Positions 48,837 through 60,914 of a DNA stretch of 64,000 nucleotides are shown one piece after another. The notes under the pieces are model-generated. The model made no database searches and had not been told where the DNA came from. It saw nothing but the letters and a program-made list of their open reading frames with translations. A program made the translations under genes and the position numbers. Origin of the DNA: Massalongia carnosa. Taxonomy: Eukaryota. Position 1 is the stretch's first letter. Every line of letters begins with the position of its first letter. Location of the stretch: positions 124,001-188,000 of the forward strand of contig OZ287082.1 in assembly GCA_965645245.1 (NCBI GenBank), in the 5' to 3' direction.

Positions 48837-49453
48837 GCTACTACGTGCTGGTCTCCGAGAGTATACGTGATCCAAAGAACTAATAGATGTGGAAGTGCTT
48901 AGACCAAGAGATCTCGTCCGAGACCCAAACGTAGGTTGTTCATAGAATAAAGACTAATTGCTAACGAATACTACAGGATTCGTTCTGGTATTTATCCTAC
49001 TTACCCTAAGCCTATAGCCTTGGGAGCCTTGGAACCTTAAGAGACTTACAACCCACTTCTGACCTTATCGCCTTACATCTAACCATCCCTCAGGATCTAT
49101 CTACGAACTCAGCGTTCGCTGGATTATCTAGTCAGCTTCGAGTAGCCTTCTAGACCTTCCCTTGTAAGGTAGAACACTTCTACCTCCGGCTAGATCCCTT
49201 ACTACATTGCTAGCCTGCCTCTCAATATAACGTCTGGACGCCGAGGCTGTGTAGCTTCATTTCGCCGTCACCACTACCAACGTAGCGATGGAAGGTTACC
49301 ACCGACTGAATCTCTCTCTACACTGTGGACCTTCCTCTAGACACAAGGTCTAGACTACAAGGTCATGTAGGTTCATTCAGCCGACATCACTACCAACGTA
49401 GCAAAAAAGGTTGAAGCTGAAGTTTACACCGGGGATGCCGAGCTCAAGCTGCG

Positions 49454-49894
49454 TGTCATTGAAAAAAGTTTGAGTTAAAACCTAATTGATTACCCCGAAC
49501 CGCCAAGCGGCGATTGAGGTAAAAGCCATCTGAAAGTCTATTCAGATTCATCCTCGGTATGAGTCTGAATAAACCCCTTACTCTACTCCACCAATCTCCT
49601 CACTCCACCATACCCTCTTATCGCTAGAACGATCACATCTACTGGCCCACTTATCGATCCACCTTATCGCCGCCACCATCACCAAAATCTCTCATCTAGG
49701 GTGAAGGTAAAACATGAGAAAGAAGGGGCTGGCTCAGGTATAAAAAGAGGACATATGCAGTAGATAGCTGACTCCTCGTCCGACGTTTTGTATAGCAAAC
49801 CATCTCCTAGCTATAGGCTCATTAATAAAGACATTTTGATCATCCAATCCAAATCCTAGGAATATTAGTTCAATTCCCAACCCACTCCTTGACA
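49454..49894. mobile_element. Solo LTR (same family as 38239-38697)
   Basis: TGTCA...TGACA, TSD CTGCG. Confidence 0.9.
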
Positions 49895-50622
49895 CTGCGT
49901 CTAGCTAGCCATGCCTCCTGCTACAACTCTTAATCCATCAAGAGATCGAGTAGCTCTGAATGGGCCAGTAGATTCTATATAGAGTTCACGGCTTCTCCAC
50001 AGGAGTTCGCCTTACTCCATGGCAATCTACCACTACGGCCTCGACAGGTGTTTGATCTGTAAGCAGTCTCGAACGTAGTAACAACTAATTTAGAGTTATG
50101 TTGCAAGGTGGCGTCGTGTCAACTTCGACGGCTGTGTGACTAAGTACTACGGCCTGGCTCATGCTAGTTAATCCCGCAACCGCCGTAGGCGATTATGTAT
50201 CCCTCTAGCGCTATCCATATTACAGTTTTGCTTTTTGTCGTTTAAAACTAACAACTTATGATTTATCTGCAATCGATAAAATTTTAACTTCTTTACAAAA
50301 TCGATTAAAATTTTATATTACATTTGTGACGATTGATTTAATTCAAAAATTGTTTTGATTAATTTACAAATTAAATAAAAGACGATAATAAATATATGAA
50401 ATTGTTCAACATAAATCAATTCGTCGAGATAAAATTAACCAGATATTTTGAATTCAAATACAAGAACTTGGAGATATAAGACTTGAAAGATTTAAATCGA
50501 TAAGAAAAGAAATTTTATCTATAATAGTCACGTACGACAAAAACGAACGAGTATTGAGATTTCATGTTGAAGTTACACAAAATGACTTTGATTTTTAATT
50601 AGAATACAAAAACTCTGACGAT

Positions 50623-50826
50623 TGTCGCGATGCGAGGTAGGCTAAGAAGTCAGGTGATGTAAGCGTATTACTTAATTGTTTAACTAGATGAACAAGACGT
50701 TCGACAAGGAGAAAAGAAACAAAAAATCAAATGTGAACGAGTATGAGACTCTGACGAACGAAACTAGTTTCAATTCAACTATTGATTCAATTTTCTTCAA
50801 GTTCCTGACATGACATTATTGTCATG
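50623..50826 (-). repeat. Heavily mutated partial Gypsy-2-family LTR, cut by Copia-3
   Basis: Aligns to the reverse complement of ~31676-31879 with many C>T and G>A changes. Confidence 0.85.
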
Positions 50827-52121
50827 TGTTGAATATCCAATTCTTTCAAGTACAATGAACACTTATCAGTTCAATATACATAGCACCTACGGCTGCCCTA
50901 GATTGACAGATCATGGAAACCGTAGATGCCGCATTAGGCTTAGTCCCAAGATATGATAAGATTACCTCGCTTAGAAGGGTGACCAGTAATAGGAAAAGAT
51001 TGCTGCATAGCAACTCTTCATCCTCAACATAACGGTCAAGCATACCTTTATTATAACATAGGCATAAAGCAATAGTCATATATCTATTTTAACAGGTTTT
51101 GAGCCCGGAAGGGATCTATCGATTTAAAACGAATAGAAGCTTTTAATCCGCAGCATCGCAGTGCAATCAGCTAAACACCGTTCCTATTCAATGAATCGTA
51201 GACACATTACTAAAATCTTTCTGTTTCTTTAGAAACGATCCCTCAAATCACATCAATCAGTTCACTCTTCTGTACACAGCGATTTCTTGTCAGAAGTACA
51301 AAAATTACGTATTAGATAGAGTGTGAACATATTAATTGTTCTACATCGAAGCCCTCGGACACCGAAGAGCTTGCTTAGCTCGATGGTCGAAGGCACCCAA
51401 GTCTGGAAACCAAAGAGCTTGCTAAGCTCGAAGGTCGAAGGCACCCAAGTCCTCGGACACCAAAGAGCTTGCTAAGCTCGAAGGTCGAAGGCACCCAAGT
51501 CCTCGGACACCAAAGAGCTTGCTAAGCTCGAAGGTCGAAGGCACCCAAGTCCTCGGACACCAAAGAGCTTGCTAAGCTCGAAGGTCGAAGGCACCCAAGT
51601 CCTCGGACACCAAAGAGCTTGCTAAGCTCGATGGTCGAAGGCACCCAATTCCTCGGACGCCAAAGAGCTTGCTAAGCTCGATGGTCGAAGGCACCCAAGT
51701 CCTCGGACGCCAAAGAGCTTGCTAAGCTCGATGGTCGAAGGCACCCAAGTCCTCGGACGCCAAAGAGCTTGCTAAGCTCGATGGTCGAAGGTACCCAAGT
51801 CCTCGGACGCCAAAGAGCTTGCTAAGCTCGATGGTCGAAGGTACCCAAGTCCTCGGACACCAAAGAGCTTGTTAAGCTCGATGGTCGAAGGCATTCAAGT
51901 CCTCGGACACCAAAAGAGCTCGCTAAGCTCGATGGTCGATGGCAAAAAAGTATATTGCTGGGCCTGAGCGCCTCATTGGCACAAATATCATCAAAGCGTC
52001 AGTTTCAACCGCGATTGAATTCTGGACACGCAAAAATACAAAATCCCTCGGACATCAAAGAGCTTAGTAAACTCATTGATCGAAGGCACAAAGACCTTTC
52101 TTTTTGGCAATTATGCCTCAT
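50827..52121 (+). mobile_element. Copia-3 5' LTR (50827-51094), PBS and non-coding internal region; truncated or non-autonomous
   Basis: The LTR is followed directly by GGTTTTGAGCCC, the same PBS type as Copia-2; no gag ORF is visible. Confidence 0.75.
51353..51943. repeat. Tandem array of about 12 x 50-bp units with an internal hairpin
   Basis: Unit CCTCGGACACCAAAGAGCTTGCTAAGCTCGA(A/T)GGTCGAAGGCACCCAAGT; a degenerate extra copy lies at ~52046-52089. Confidence 0.98.
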
Positions 52122-52344
52122 TACAGTCGACTGCAAAAGGTTGGTCGCGACCCTGAATTTGGGACCACACATCAAATATTTACGCGAAAATGGCAAAATG
52201 CCGGCAAAAATCCGAAAAACTACCCTCACCGCCTACATGCCAATGAAGTCGTACTACTGGTCAGTATTGAAGCGACTTGTAGATTAGTATATGTAGATGC
52301 CATTCCCCGTCTTTTTTCCCTCTCTCCTCTGCCATTTTCCCAAA

Positions 52345-53393
52345 ATGCCCCCCCCTCTCAGTGAGACCCTTCGTGAGACAATCACGCTTCGTTTTGTACG
52401 AGGTGACAGCAATAAGACAATTGCATCTGTCACTGGTGTTGGCATCAGACAGATTCAACGAATGAGACGTAATTGGACTCATTTTGGAGATGTGGTTCTA
52501 CCTCAATTGTCAATTGGACATCGCCCTCGTAAACTCAGTCAATTTCATGAGATTGAACTTCTGAAATATCTGGAGCAACGTCCGCATGCCTATCTGGACG
52601 AAATGTGCTGGTTCATTTGGGACCAATTTCAGATCTCTGCAGATGAGACCACCGTTGGTCGTGCCCTAAAAATGCTTGGTTGGAATCGAAAGAAGGTGAT
52701 CAAACAAGCAGCTCAAAGAAATCAAGGCCTTCGAGATGGATGGATGCAGAGACTCGGAGAATGGACTGCAGAGCAATTGATCTTTTTGGACGAAAGTGCA
52801 GCTTGCGAAAGAACCGGCTATTTCCTATCTCATCTTTCATCCCATCTTCGTCATTTTTCTGACTTTCTGACTAGGTGATCGACGATACGGATGGGCTCAG
52901 GCAGTCGTCCCTCCAATCATGATTCAGGATTTGAAAAGGTCAAAGAAATGGAGCATTCTTCCTGCATTTACCGTCGATGGATATATATATAGCTTGGGAG
53001 GTGCATCAGGGCTCCATAACTGCCGAAATTTTCAACGGCTTCGTTCGAAATCAGGTTCTTCCTCAGACGACTGCCAATGGAGGTCCTAGATCTGTTTTAG
53101 TACTAGATAATGCCAGCATTCATTGGAATCAGGAGCTTATTCAGATGTGCGAGACAGCCTACGTCACCTTGGCACGACTACCTCCTTATTTTCCAGATTT
53201 CAATCCAATTGAATCGTCGTTTGCATTGCTAAAGGCATGGATTCGACGGAATGGAGAAATGAGTCTTTCGTACACGGAGGAGTATGGGGGATTCGGACAA
53301 TTTCTTCGGGATGCAGTCAAAGATCTGAGAATGGGAGACCCGGGAAATTTATTTAGATTGGCTGGCATTCAGTATCCCACCATTTCAATCTAA
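52345..53393 (+). pseudogene. Tc1/IS630-like DD34E transposase; probable intron ~52817-52874; +4 frameshift in a (TA)n run at 52982-52991
   Basis: HTH, YLDEM, LIFLDES, VLVLDNASIH..LPPYFPDFNPIE, with 34 residues between the second D and the E. Confidence 0.9.
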
Positions 53394-53408
53394 TTAGATA
53401 CATAGTAT

Positions 53409-56400
53409 CTAATCCTCATCTTCATCTTCGGCATAATCGTATTCTAGACTATGCGTCTTATCTTCCTCAATTGTATCTCTCACTCCAGATCCTACCTCCC
53501 CGCCCCCGTTCACCTCCCCATCCTCCATCCCCTTATCCACCCGAGTGACCGCCTGAGTGACCGCCTGAGTGACCGCTTGAGTGGCCATTTGCGATGTCGG
53601 TAAATGGCGTTGACGCCGAGGGGGAGGCGGGGGCATTTGCTGAGATATCTGTCGAGACATTTGCAAAGGCATTTGCCGAGACATTTCTCTTCCAAATTTA
53701 CTGACGTCTCGCGCCAGTTGAATCCCGATTCCCGGAGGAATTCCTAGCTCCTGCCAGAACGTCTGATGCTCGATGCCTTTCAAGGATTGAACGGTCATCA
53801 GATCGTACCCACCTTCCATCAATCGATCGCAGGCGTTGGTGAGCACTCCTTTCAAATGAGGCTTCATTTGAACGAGCCAACTGACATAGTCTTCCAGATC
53901 TTCTTCCACTGGACTGCTGCGGCGGACGGAGAGGAGAGGGAGAAATCGACTCACGCTTCGACTGCTTCTGGATGATCTCGAATCTCTCCAATCCAACGGC
54001 GTTTCCTCACGGGCTCGTCTCGAGTCAGGTAATGTAGAAGGAGCATACTGAGAAGGATAAAATGCCGAGGGGGGAAATGCCGAGGGGGGAAATGCCGAGT
54101 GAGGAAATGCCGAGGGGAATGCCGAGGGAAATGTCGAGGGGAATGCCAATGACGAGGGGGGAAATGTCGAGTGGGGGATTTGGTACGAGTGGTGTTGATA
54201 CATGGGATGTTGATAAATGGAATGCCCACCTCCAAAGGGCGTTTCCTGAGACGAGGTTTCCTGTTTTGGAGATGATGATTCAGTCTTTTTCTTACCTTTA
54301 TTCAGGGAGAATAAATTCTCTCTGATCTTCGGTGGAGGTGTTCGAGAATCAACGCCTGAAATTCCATCATCTAGTGCTTTATTCCAGGTCACGAAATGAG
54401 CACTGTTGAGAGGATAATGCTGATTCTTCGTCTCATCATTCCAACAGTACTGTCCGAAATTCCTACATGCGCGTTTTTCACAGAGATGCAGACTTTGCAA
54501 TTCGGACATTCTTTCGGCCGTCATGCCTTGCAACATGGCTCGTTCCTCCATCTCTTTTTGCAGCTTCATGGTCGCGGTTCCCAATTTCTTGGTGGCGACA
54601 GCTGTGGCAGCAGCAATAGGATCATCGGGAGGAATGACGCCATCTTTGGTACGACTGAAGATGAAAATAAGATCAACCGCGAAGCTTTTCTTTCGAATGC
54701 TGCTGTCTTCTAAATGAATTAGAACCTCCTCAATGGGCTGCCAGGATTCGATCAACATGAGAGCTGATTTTTCATGCGGTTTGATTCCATTCCATAACAC
54801 GGTCGCTTTGATATCGACCAAATGACAAGCATACATTTTGGAATTCGCATACGTCTCGGCTTTCAAACTCATGTCCCCGGTGTAGCTTCTCAAAAAGAAT
54901 CTTTTCGACGTAGTTGAATTGACTTCGTATGGAATCACCGTCTCGAAAACGACGTGCTTCTCATACGACATCTTCACATTTAGTAGATATTTGATTACCG
55001 TCGGAGGCAGTGGCGAAGGGGATAAACGGGAGGGTTCCTTTCTTCTTGGTTTTCTAGACTTCTTACTGACAATCAAGTTACTAGGCACATTGAGATCTTC
55101 GACATCATCTTCGGCATCATCTTCGGAATCATCTTCGGCATCATCTTCGGAATCATCTTCGGCATCATCTTCGGCATCTACAGCTTTCATCGCGTTCTCC
55201 TTTCTCCACTGACCCTGCCACCTCTGCTTCTCGTCTTCATCCGTCCAGTCGTCGGAGGAATCCTCCGTAATGACAAGGGGACTATAATAATTCGAATCGA
55301 AAGTCTTTGACTGCTGAGGCTGGACCTTTGACTTGGGAGGGGCCTTTGGCTTGGGAGGGACCTTTGGCTTGAGGGGGGCCTTTGGCTTGAAGGGGGGCTT
55401 TGACTTGAGGGGAGGCTTTGGCTTGGGAGGGGCCGACGTCGATTCCGGCGAGGCTTCATCGATGCCGGCGGCGACAATGGCTCTGGCTTTCGGCCCTCCC
55501 AAAGTCAGTTTGATTCTCTTACCTTTGAAAGGCTCTTTTGTTAGATGAGACAGCCATCCTATGTGCCGTGCCAGACGGCAACATAACGGCTTGGGAATAA
55601 CGTCTCAAGTGATCCGCACACGGCTAGCTAATGAGGTGGTACGGCAGGGAGATTCAAGGCAAACCTGCCCTGCCGCTGTGCCTGCTCTCTATCTTATTCA
55701 TCTCTCATCTATCTAGCTATATAAACATAGTAGATAGCCACCTAGATAGAATAATCAATCCTTCCCACACATACTATTACCTACCTATTTAACTCAACAG
55801 GTTCTGAGCCCGGCTGCACTTAAGCGCACCCTTTTAAAATAGTATCGATTGATTCCCTATCTCTCCTCCTTTATATCAAAACTACCATTCCCATTCTCTC
55901 TCCATTCGCTTTTCTCCCCTTGCTCCAAGATGGCAAAGAAAGACCTCCCCTACACTTTCCCCAAGCTATACGGCAGCACCAACTATAAGCAATGGGCTCG
56001 CGATATGTCGTTCGCCCTCAGCGAAGCCGAGCTGCTGGGATATATAACGGGAGATAGGATCAAGCCAGAGATAATGATACCAACGGACAAAGATGACGAC
56101 GTCCGCATTCGGGAAATCAGGCAGAACAGCCTTGATTTGATGGAGTTTAAGGAGAAAGAACAAAGAGTGGTAGGCAAAATAGGGAGAATGTGCTCCAAGG
56201 ATGTGCAGTCTGAATTCCTCTCTATTTTGGGAAATATAACCATCATAGTCCCCCTAAAGCTCTGGAAACATCTGGCGGCACGTTACACCCTACAGAATTG
56301 GAGCTCGAAGTGGGCTACTTTCAACAGGCTAGATGAGATTAACTATGAGAAGTGCAAGTCCATCGAAGAATATGGTGCCCTGATAGAGGAGATCGAGGCC

Positions 56401-59400
56401 GAGATGATAGATAGTGCCCTCACCATCAAACAGATGATCGTTCTCAAAATGTTGAACGGACTCGGATCCAGCTTCTCCACCTATCTCACCATCATTAACG
56501 AACATGCTCGCCGGGACAAGGAGCTCCCTGACAAAAGCAGCCTTCTTAAAAATCTGGCAGATGAAGAATCTCGGACGAAGACTACCACCGAAGCTACTGC
56601 CAACTTCGTAAAGAAGAAAGGAAAAGGTAAGGTCACCGAAACAAAATTAGATGATAAAGATAAGTGTCATCGGTATGGAAACAAACATTCCGATACGTGC
56701 AAATTCATCAAAACGAAGTGCACCGGATGTGGAAAAATAGGGCATATTGAAAGAGCTTGCAATAGCAAAAGGGGAAAGGAGAAAGACGATGACTCGGATG
56801 TCGAAAGGAAGAAAATCTTCTGCGTACTCACCACTCATTCTCCTCCTTCAACAGACTCCTTTGTCTTCCCTGACACTGCTGAAGAAGATGGCTCTAATAT
56901 CAAGCACCCCGAAACCAATATTAACAAGACTTTCCAGACAAGGAAATTTCTCTGCACCATCAACCGCTCCATCCCCATCTCTAAACCAGTAGATTTATTG
57001 ATAGATTCTGGTGCTACTGACCATGCTCTTTGCAACAAAGACCTTTTCGAACCCGGATCCTATCGCATTATGCCAAATAAACTGGAAAAAGGCTCCGGAG
57101 AGGTGCTAAAAACAGAAGGAAGAGGATCTTTGTCTTTATTCTTAAAGAACGAAACAGGAGGTGTTCGAGAGTTTGTTCTAACAGACGTTCTGTACACTCC
57201 TGACCTGAACTTCAATCTCATCAGCACTGCTAGGCTAGCACAAAAGGGAGTGGAAATTTTCCTTCGAAAGGCGGGGGAACTCTCCAAAATCTATTACGAA
57301 GAGGAGGTAATTGGCCACACCAAACTGATCGATAACCAGTATGTTATCCAAACCACACCCAACTCTCGCGCTCTCGCAACAACCAAGAATATCTCCATCC
57401 AAACCTGGCATGCCCGTATGGGGTATCTTGGTTATCACAACCTTTTGAAGCTCAACCAACTGGCCACAGGAGCCTCAATCATCGGTTCCGTTCCGGAAGA
57501 AATCTGCGGAGATTGCATGGTTGGAAGGCAACAAAGGCTGGTAAACAGGAGCCCAAGATCTCGAGCTCCAGAATTCCTGGGAATCATTCATACAAATCTT
57601 GGAGGCCCTTACACACCAACCAGGTACGGTGAGAGATATTTCATGACCCTAAAGGATGACGCAACGGGCGTCGTATGGGTATTTCTGTTGAAGACCAAAG
57701 GCCAAACACTTGACAAGTTCAAACAGTTCAAGGCCTGGATAGAGAAGCAATCTGGCCAGAAGATCAAATACGTCAGAGGGGATGGAGGGGGAGAGTATGT
57801 AAACACAGAGCTACTAACCTTTTTTAAAGAAGAAGGAATTCAATGGGAGGCCAGAGCTCCATATGTGCCTGAACAAAATGGGAGAGCCGAACGGCAAAAT
57901 TCCACCCTGATGGCAACAACGAGGAGCTGGCTCAAAGCCAAAAGGCTCCCAAAATCACTCTGGGGCGAGGTAATCAAAACCTCTGCCTACATCAAGAATC
58001 GATGTCCCGGCGTCGATGAAATCACACCATATGAGCGCCTCAATAAGGAGAAGCCTACCTTAAGCCACTTAAGGATCATAGGTTCGAGGACGTGGGTGCA
58101 TATTCCCAAGGAAAAAAAAGGACCAAATTGGATGATAGATCTTGGCAAGGGATCTTTGTTGGATACGATGGAACAAATCAGTTTCGAATCTATGACCCTC
58201 GCACCGGAAAAGTTCACATCTCTCGTGATATACAAGTAGATGAGCTTAACACCTATGATTCCAAAGAGACGAAGGACTGGGACCTAGCTGATGTAGCATG
58301 GGATGAAGATGATGATGCTTGTTTTCAAGATCCAGATGACTTTGAAGATCTGAAACATAAAAATAGCACTCCACTATATCCGGCATCAAATTCCCATAGT
58401 TCATTGAACAGCCAACAACGATTATCGCTAACAACACCTCGAAATGAGTCTTATCCAATGGGAGAAACAGCTCCGGAGGTAACCAATGATGATACCAATC
58501 ATCGAGACCAGGAATCTGAAGAATCTGACCCAGATCAGCCTTCAATTCCCGCACCAAGGAGATCCGGAAGGTTACGAAATCCTTCCAAACCTGCAGCAGA
58601 CACTATTCGGTACGATATATCGAAGAAATCGCTGCCAAAAGTGGCCAACGACGGCCATTTGGTAAACAAAGTTACCACATTTACCAGCACCCAGACCCCT
58701 AAATCCCACGAGCATATGGTAAGAGTCCTAGCTCTACTAGCCAGAGGATCGGAGACTGCTGGGCAGGATGAACCTGCAACATTGAGAGAGGCTATGGCCT
58801 CCCCCCACTGGGATGAATGGAGAAAAGCTATGGAAGCTGAGTACCAATCCCTGATGGATAACGAAACTTGGACTTTAACCGATGCTCCAACGGATAGGAA
58901 AACTATCACAGGACGGTGGGTTTTCAAGCTGAAAAAGGATAGAAATGGAGATATATTGAAGTATAAAGCAAGATGGGTAGTCCATGGATATAAGCAAAAA
59001 GAAGGCCTAGATTACCTAGACACCTTTGCCACCGTGGTAAAACCTATCTCCTATAAGACACTGATAGGAATCAGTGCTAAAAGGGGTCTCTCCATTCGAC
59101 ACATGGATGTTGTGACTGCCTTCCTATACGGATATCTCGATGAAGAGATATATATCATCCAACCAACCCTGTTCGAAGTAGCAGGGGGAGAGCAGAAGGT
59201 CTGCTTGTTGCGAAAGGCTCTATATGGGCTAAAGCAATCTCCTCGTGTTTGATATCAAACCCTATTGGATTTTCTCCAGAAGATAGGGTTCAAACACACC
59301 GAATCAGATCATGGAGTGTTTGTTTCCGAAGACATGTTTATTGCCATCTATGTGGATGATCTTCTCATCATGGGCAAAGACACTTTGAAACTGCAGCAAC

Positions 59401-60680
59401 TCCAAGCTGAATTGAAGTCGCGATTCCAGATGACGGATCTGGGTGAAGTATCGCACTATTTAGGCATCGAGGTAGACATTAGCAAAGATAGGTCTACTAT
59501 CGCACTCCGCCAAACAACTTATCTAATGAAAATCCTCGAACGGTTCAACATGGCTAATTGCAAGCCTATTTCAACCCCCATGGAGCCTGGAATCGGAAAC
59601 ATTCTCATGCCATCCGAAGACCAGGCTGATAAAGAGACTATATCATGGTATCAGTCTCTGGTAGGGTCTCTCATGTGGCCCGCCATGCATACAAGGCCTG
59701 ATATAGCCTATGCAATGGGAGTTCTAAGCAGATATTGCTCCAATCCAGGTGCTGATCACTGCAACCACCTACAGAGAGTGCTTCGATATATTTCGGGCAC
59801 CCTAACAAGAGGTCTGATATTCCGGAGAGATTCTGACGAGGATATAACCGGCTATTCTGACTCGGACTTCGCTGGCCTAAAGGATGGGAGAAGATCTACC
59901 GGTGGGTATGTTTTCATGTTAGCAGGTGCTCCGATATCTCATTCGTCAAAACTACAACCTACGGTGGCGCTATCCTCTTGCGAAGCAGAATACATGGCAT
60001 TAACGGAGGCTACCAAGGAAGCTCTATGGTGCTCTCGTTTTCTCAACGAACTGGGATTTCGGGAGGCCAATTTACCAATTCTACTGCGAGGAGATAACCA
60101 AGGTGCTATAGCTCTCACCGAAAATCCAGAATTCCACCGAAGAACCAAACATATCGAAATAAAGTGGCACTGGATAAGAGACGTAGTCAAAGAGGGAAAG
60201 GTCAAAATAGAGTATATCCGTACTAACGAAATGGTAGCAGATGGGCTGACTAAGCCACTGCCCTCTAAGACTTTCAACTCTTTCGTAAACATGATGGGTA
60301 TGGGGCAAATCACTAATAAAAATCTCTAAATAGCCTCACTGAATGGCTGAATGGGAGTGTTAGATGAGACAGCCATCCTATGTGCCGTGCCAGACGGCAA
60401 CATAACGGCTTGGGAATAACGTCTCAAGTGATCCGCACACGGCTAGCTAATGAGGTGGTACGGCAGGGAGATTCAAGGCAAACCTGCCCTGCCGCTGTGC
60501 CTGCTCTCTATCTTATTCATCTCTCATCTATCTAGCTATATAAACATAGTAGATAGCCACCTAGATAGAATAATCAATCCTTCCCACACATACTATTACC
60601 TACCTATTTAACTCAACATCTTTTCCAGCCGGGGGGGGGCCGGAATTTGATCTTTTTGCTCTCGGTTCACGAAGTTTCAT
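53409..60680 (-). CDS. Unknown 728-aa protein carried by the Tc1 element (60680-60619 + 55533-53409), split by Copia-2
   Basis: Removing Copia-2 and one TSD gives a continuous ORF MKLREPRAKRSNSGPPPAGKE|PFKGKRIKLTLGGPK... of 2187 nt. Confidence 0.82.
55539..60618 (+). mobile_element. Full-length Ty1/Copia (Copia-2)
   Basis: 261-bp LTRs at 55539-55799 and 60358-60618 (identical by eye), TSD TCTTT, PBS GGTTCTGAGCCC, PPT GAATGGGAG. Confidence 0.97.
55930..60329 (+). pseudogene. Copia-2 gag-pol with an A-run frameshift near 58112-58119 and a TGG>TGA stop at 59250-59252
   Basis: CTGCGKIGHIERAC, LIDSGAT, RGDGGGEY, YKARWVVHG, MDVVTAFL, LYGLKQSPR, IYVDDLL, MVADGLTK. Confidence 0.94.
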
Positions 60681-60914
60681 ATCTGAGATAAAAAATGGGG
60701 ACTGGCAGAGGGGGGAGGGAAAAAAGACGGGGAATGGCATCTACATATACTAATCTACAAATCGCTTCAATACTGACCAGTAGTACGACTTCATTGGCAT
60801 GTAGGCGGTGAGGGTAGTTTTCAGATTTTTGCCGGCATTTTGCCATTTTCGCGTAAATATTTGATGTGTGTTCCCAAATTCAGGGTCGCGACCAACCTTT
60901 TGCAGTCGACTGTA

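Larger units (their letters stand above)
48229..50224 (-). mobile_element. About 1.02-kb solo-LTR-like element, copy B, with two nested solo LTRs
   Basis: TGTAAT...ATTACA, flanks GTATT/GTTTT; inverted homolog of 42042-43584. Confidence 0.85.
52124..60912 (+). mobile_element. Tc1-type (DD34E) DNA transposon with ~210-bp TIRs and two convergent genes; 3704 bp after removing Copia-2
   Basis: TIRs CAGTCGACTGCAAAAGGTTGGTCGCGACCC... at 52124-~52334 and ~60703-60912; TA at 52122-3 and 60913-4. Confidence 0.92.

Noticed and set aside
51353..51943. CRISPR-like array with palindromic repeats
   Set aside because: No unique spacers (whole units repeat), no cas genes, eukaryotic context.
51353..51943. 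Tandem hammerhead ribozymes
   Set aside because: No CUGANGA/GAAA core on either strand of the unit.
54060..54175. GGAAATGCCG repeats resembling the pogo B TIR
   Set aside because: Short match explained by AFPPS-type codon repeats in ORF2; no TSD or matching end.
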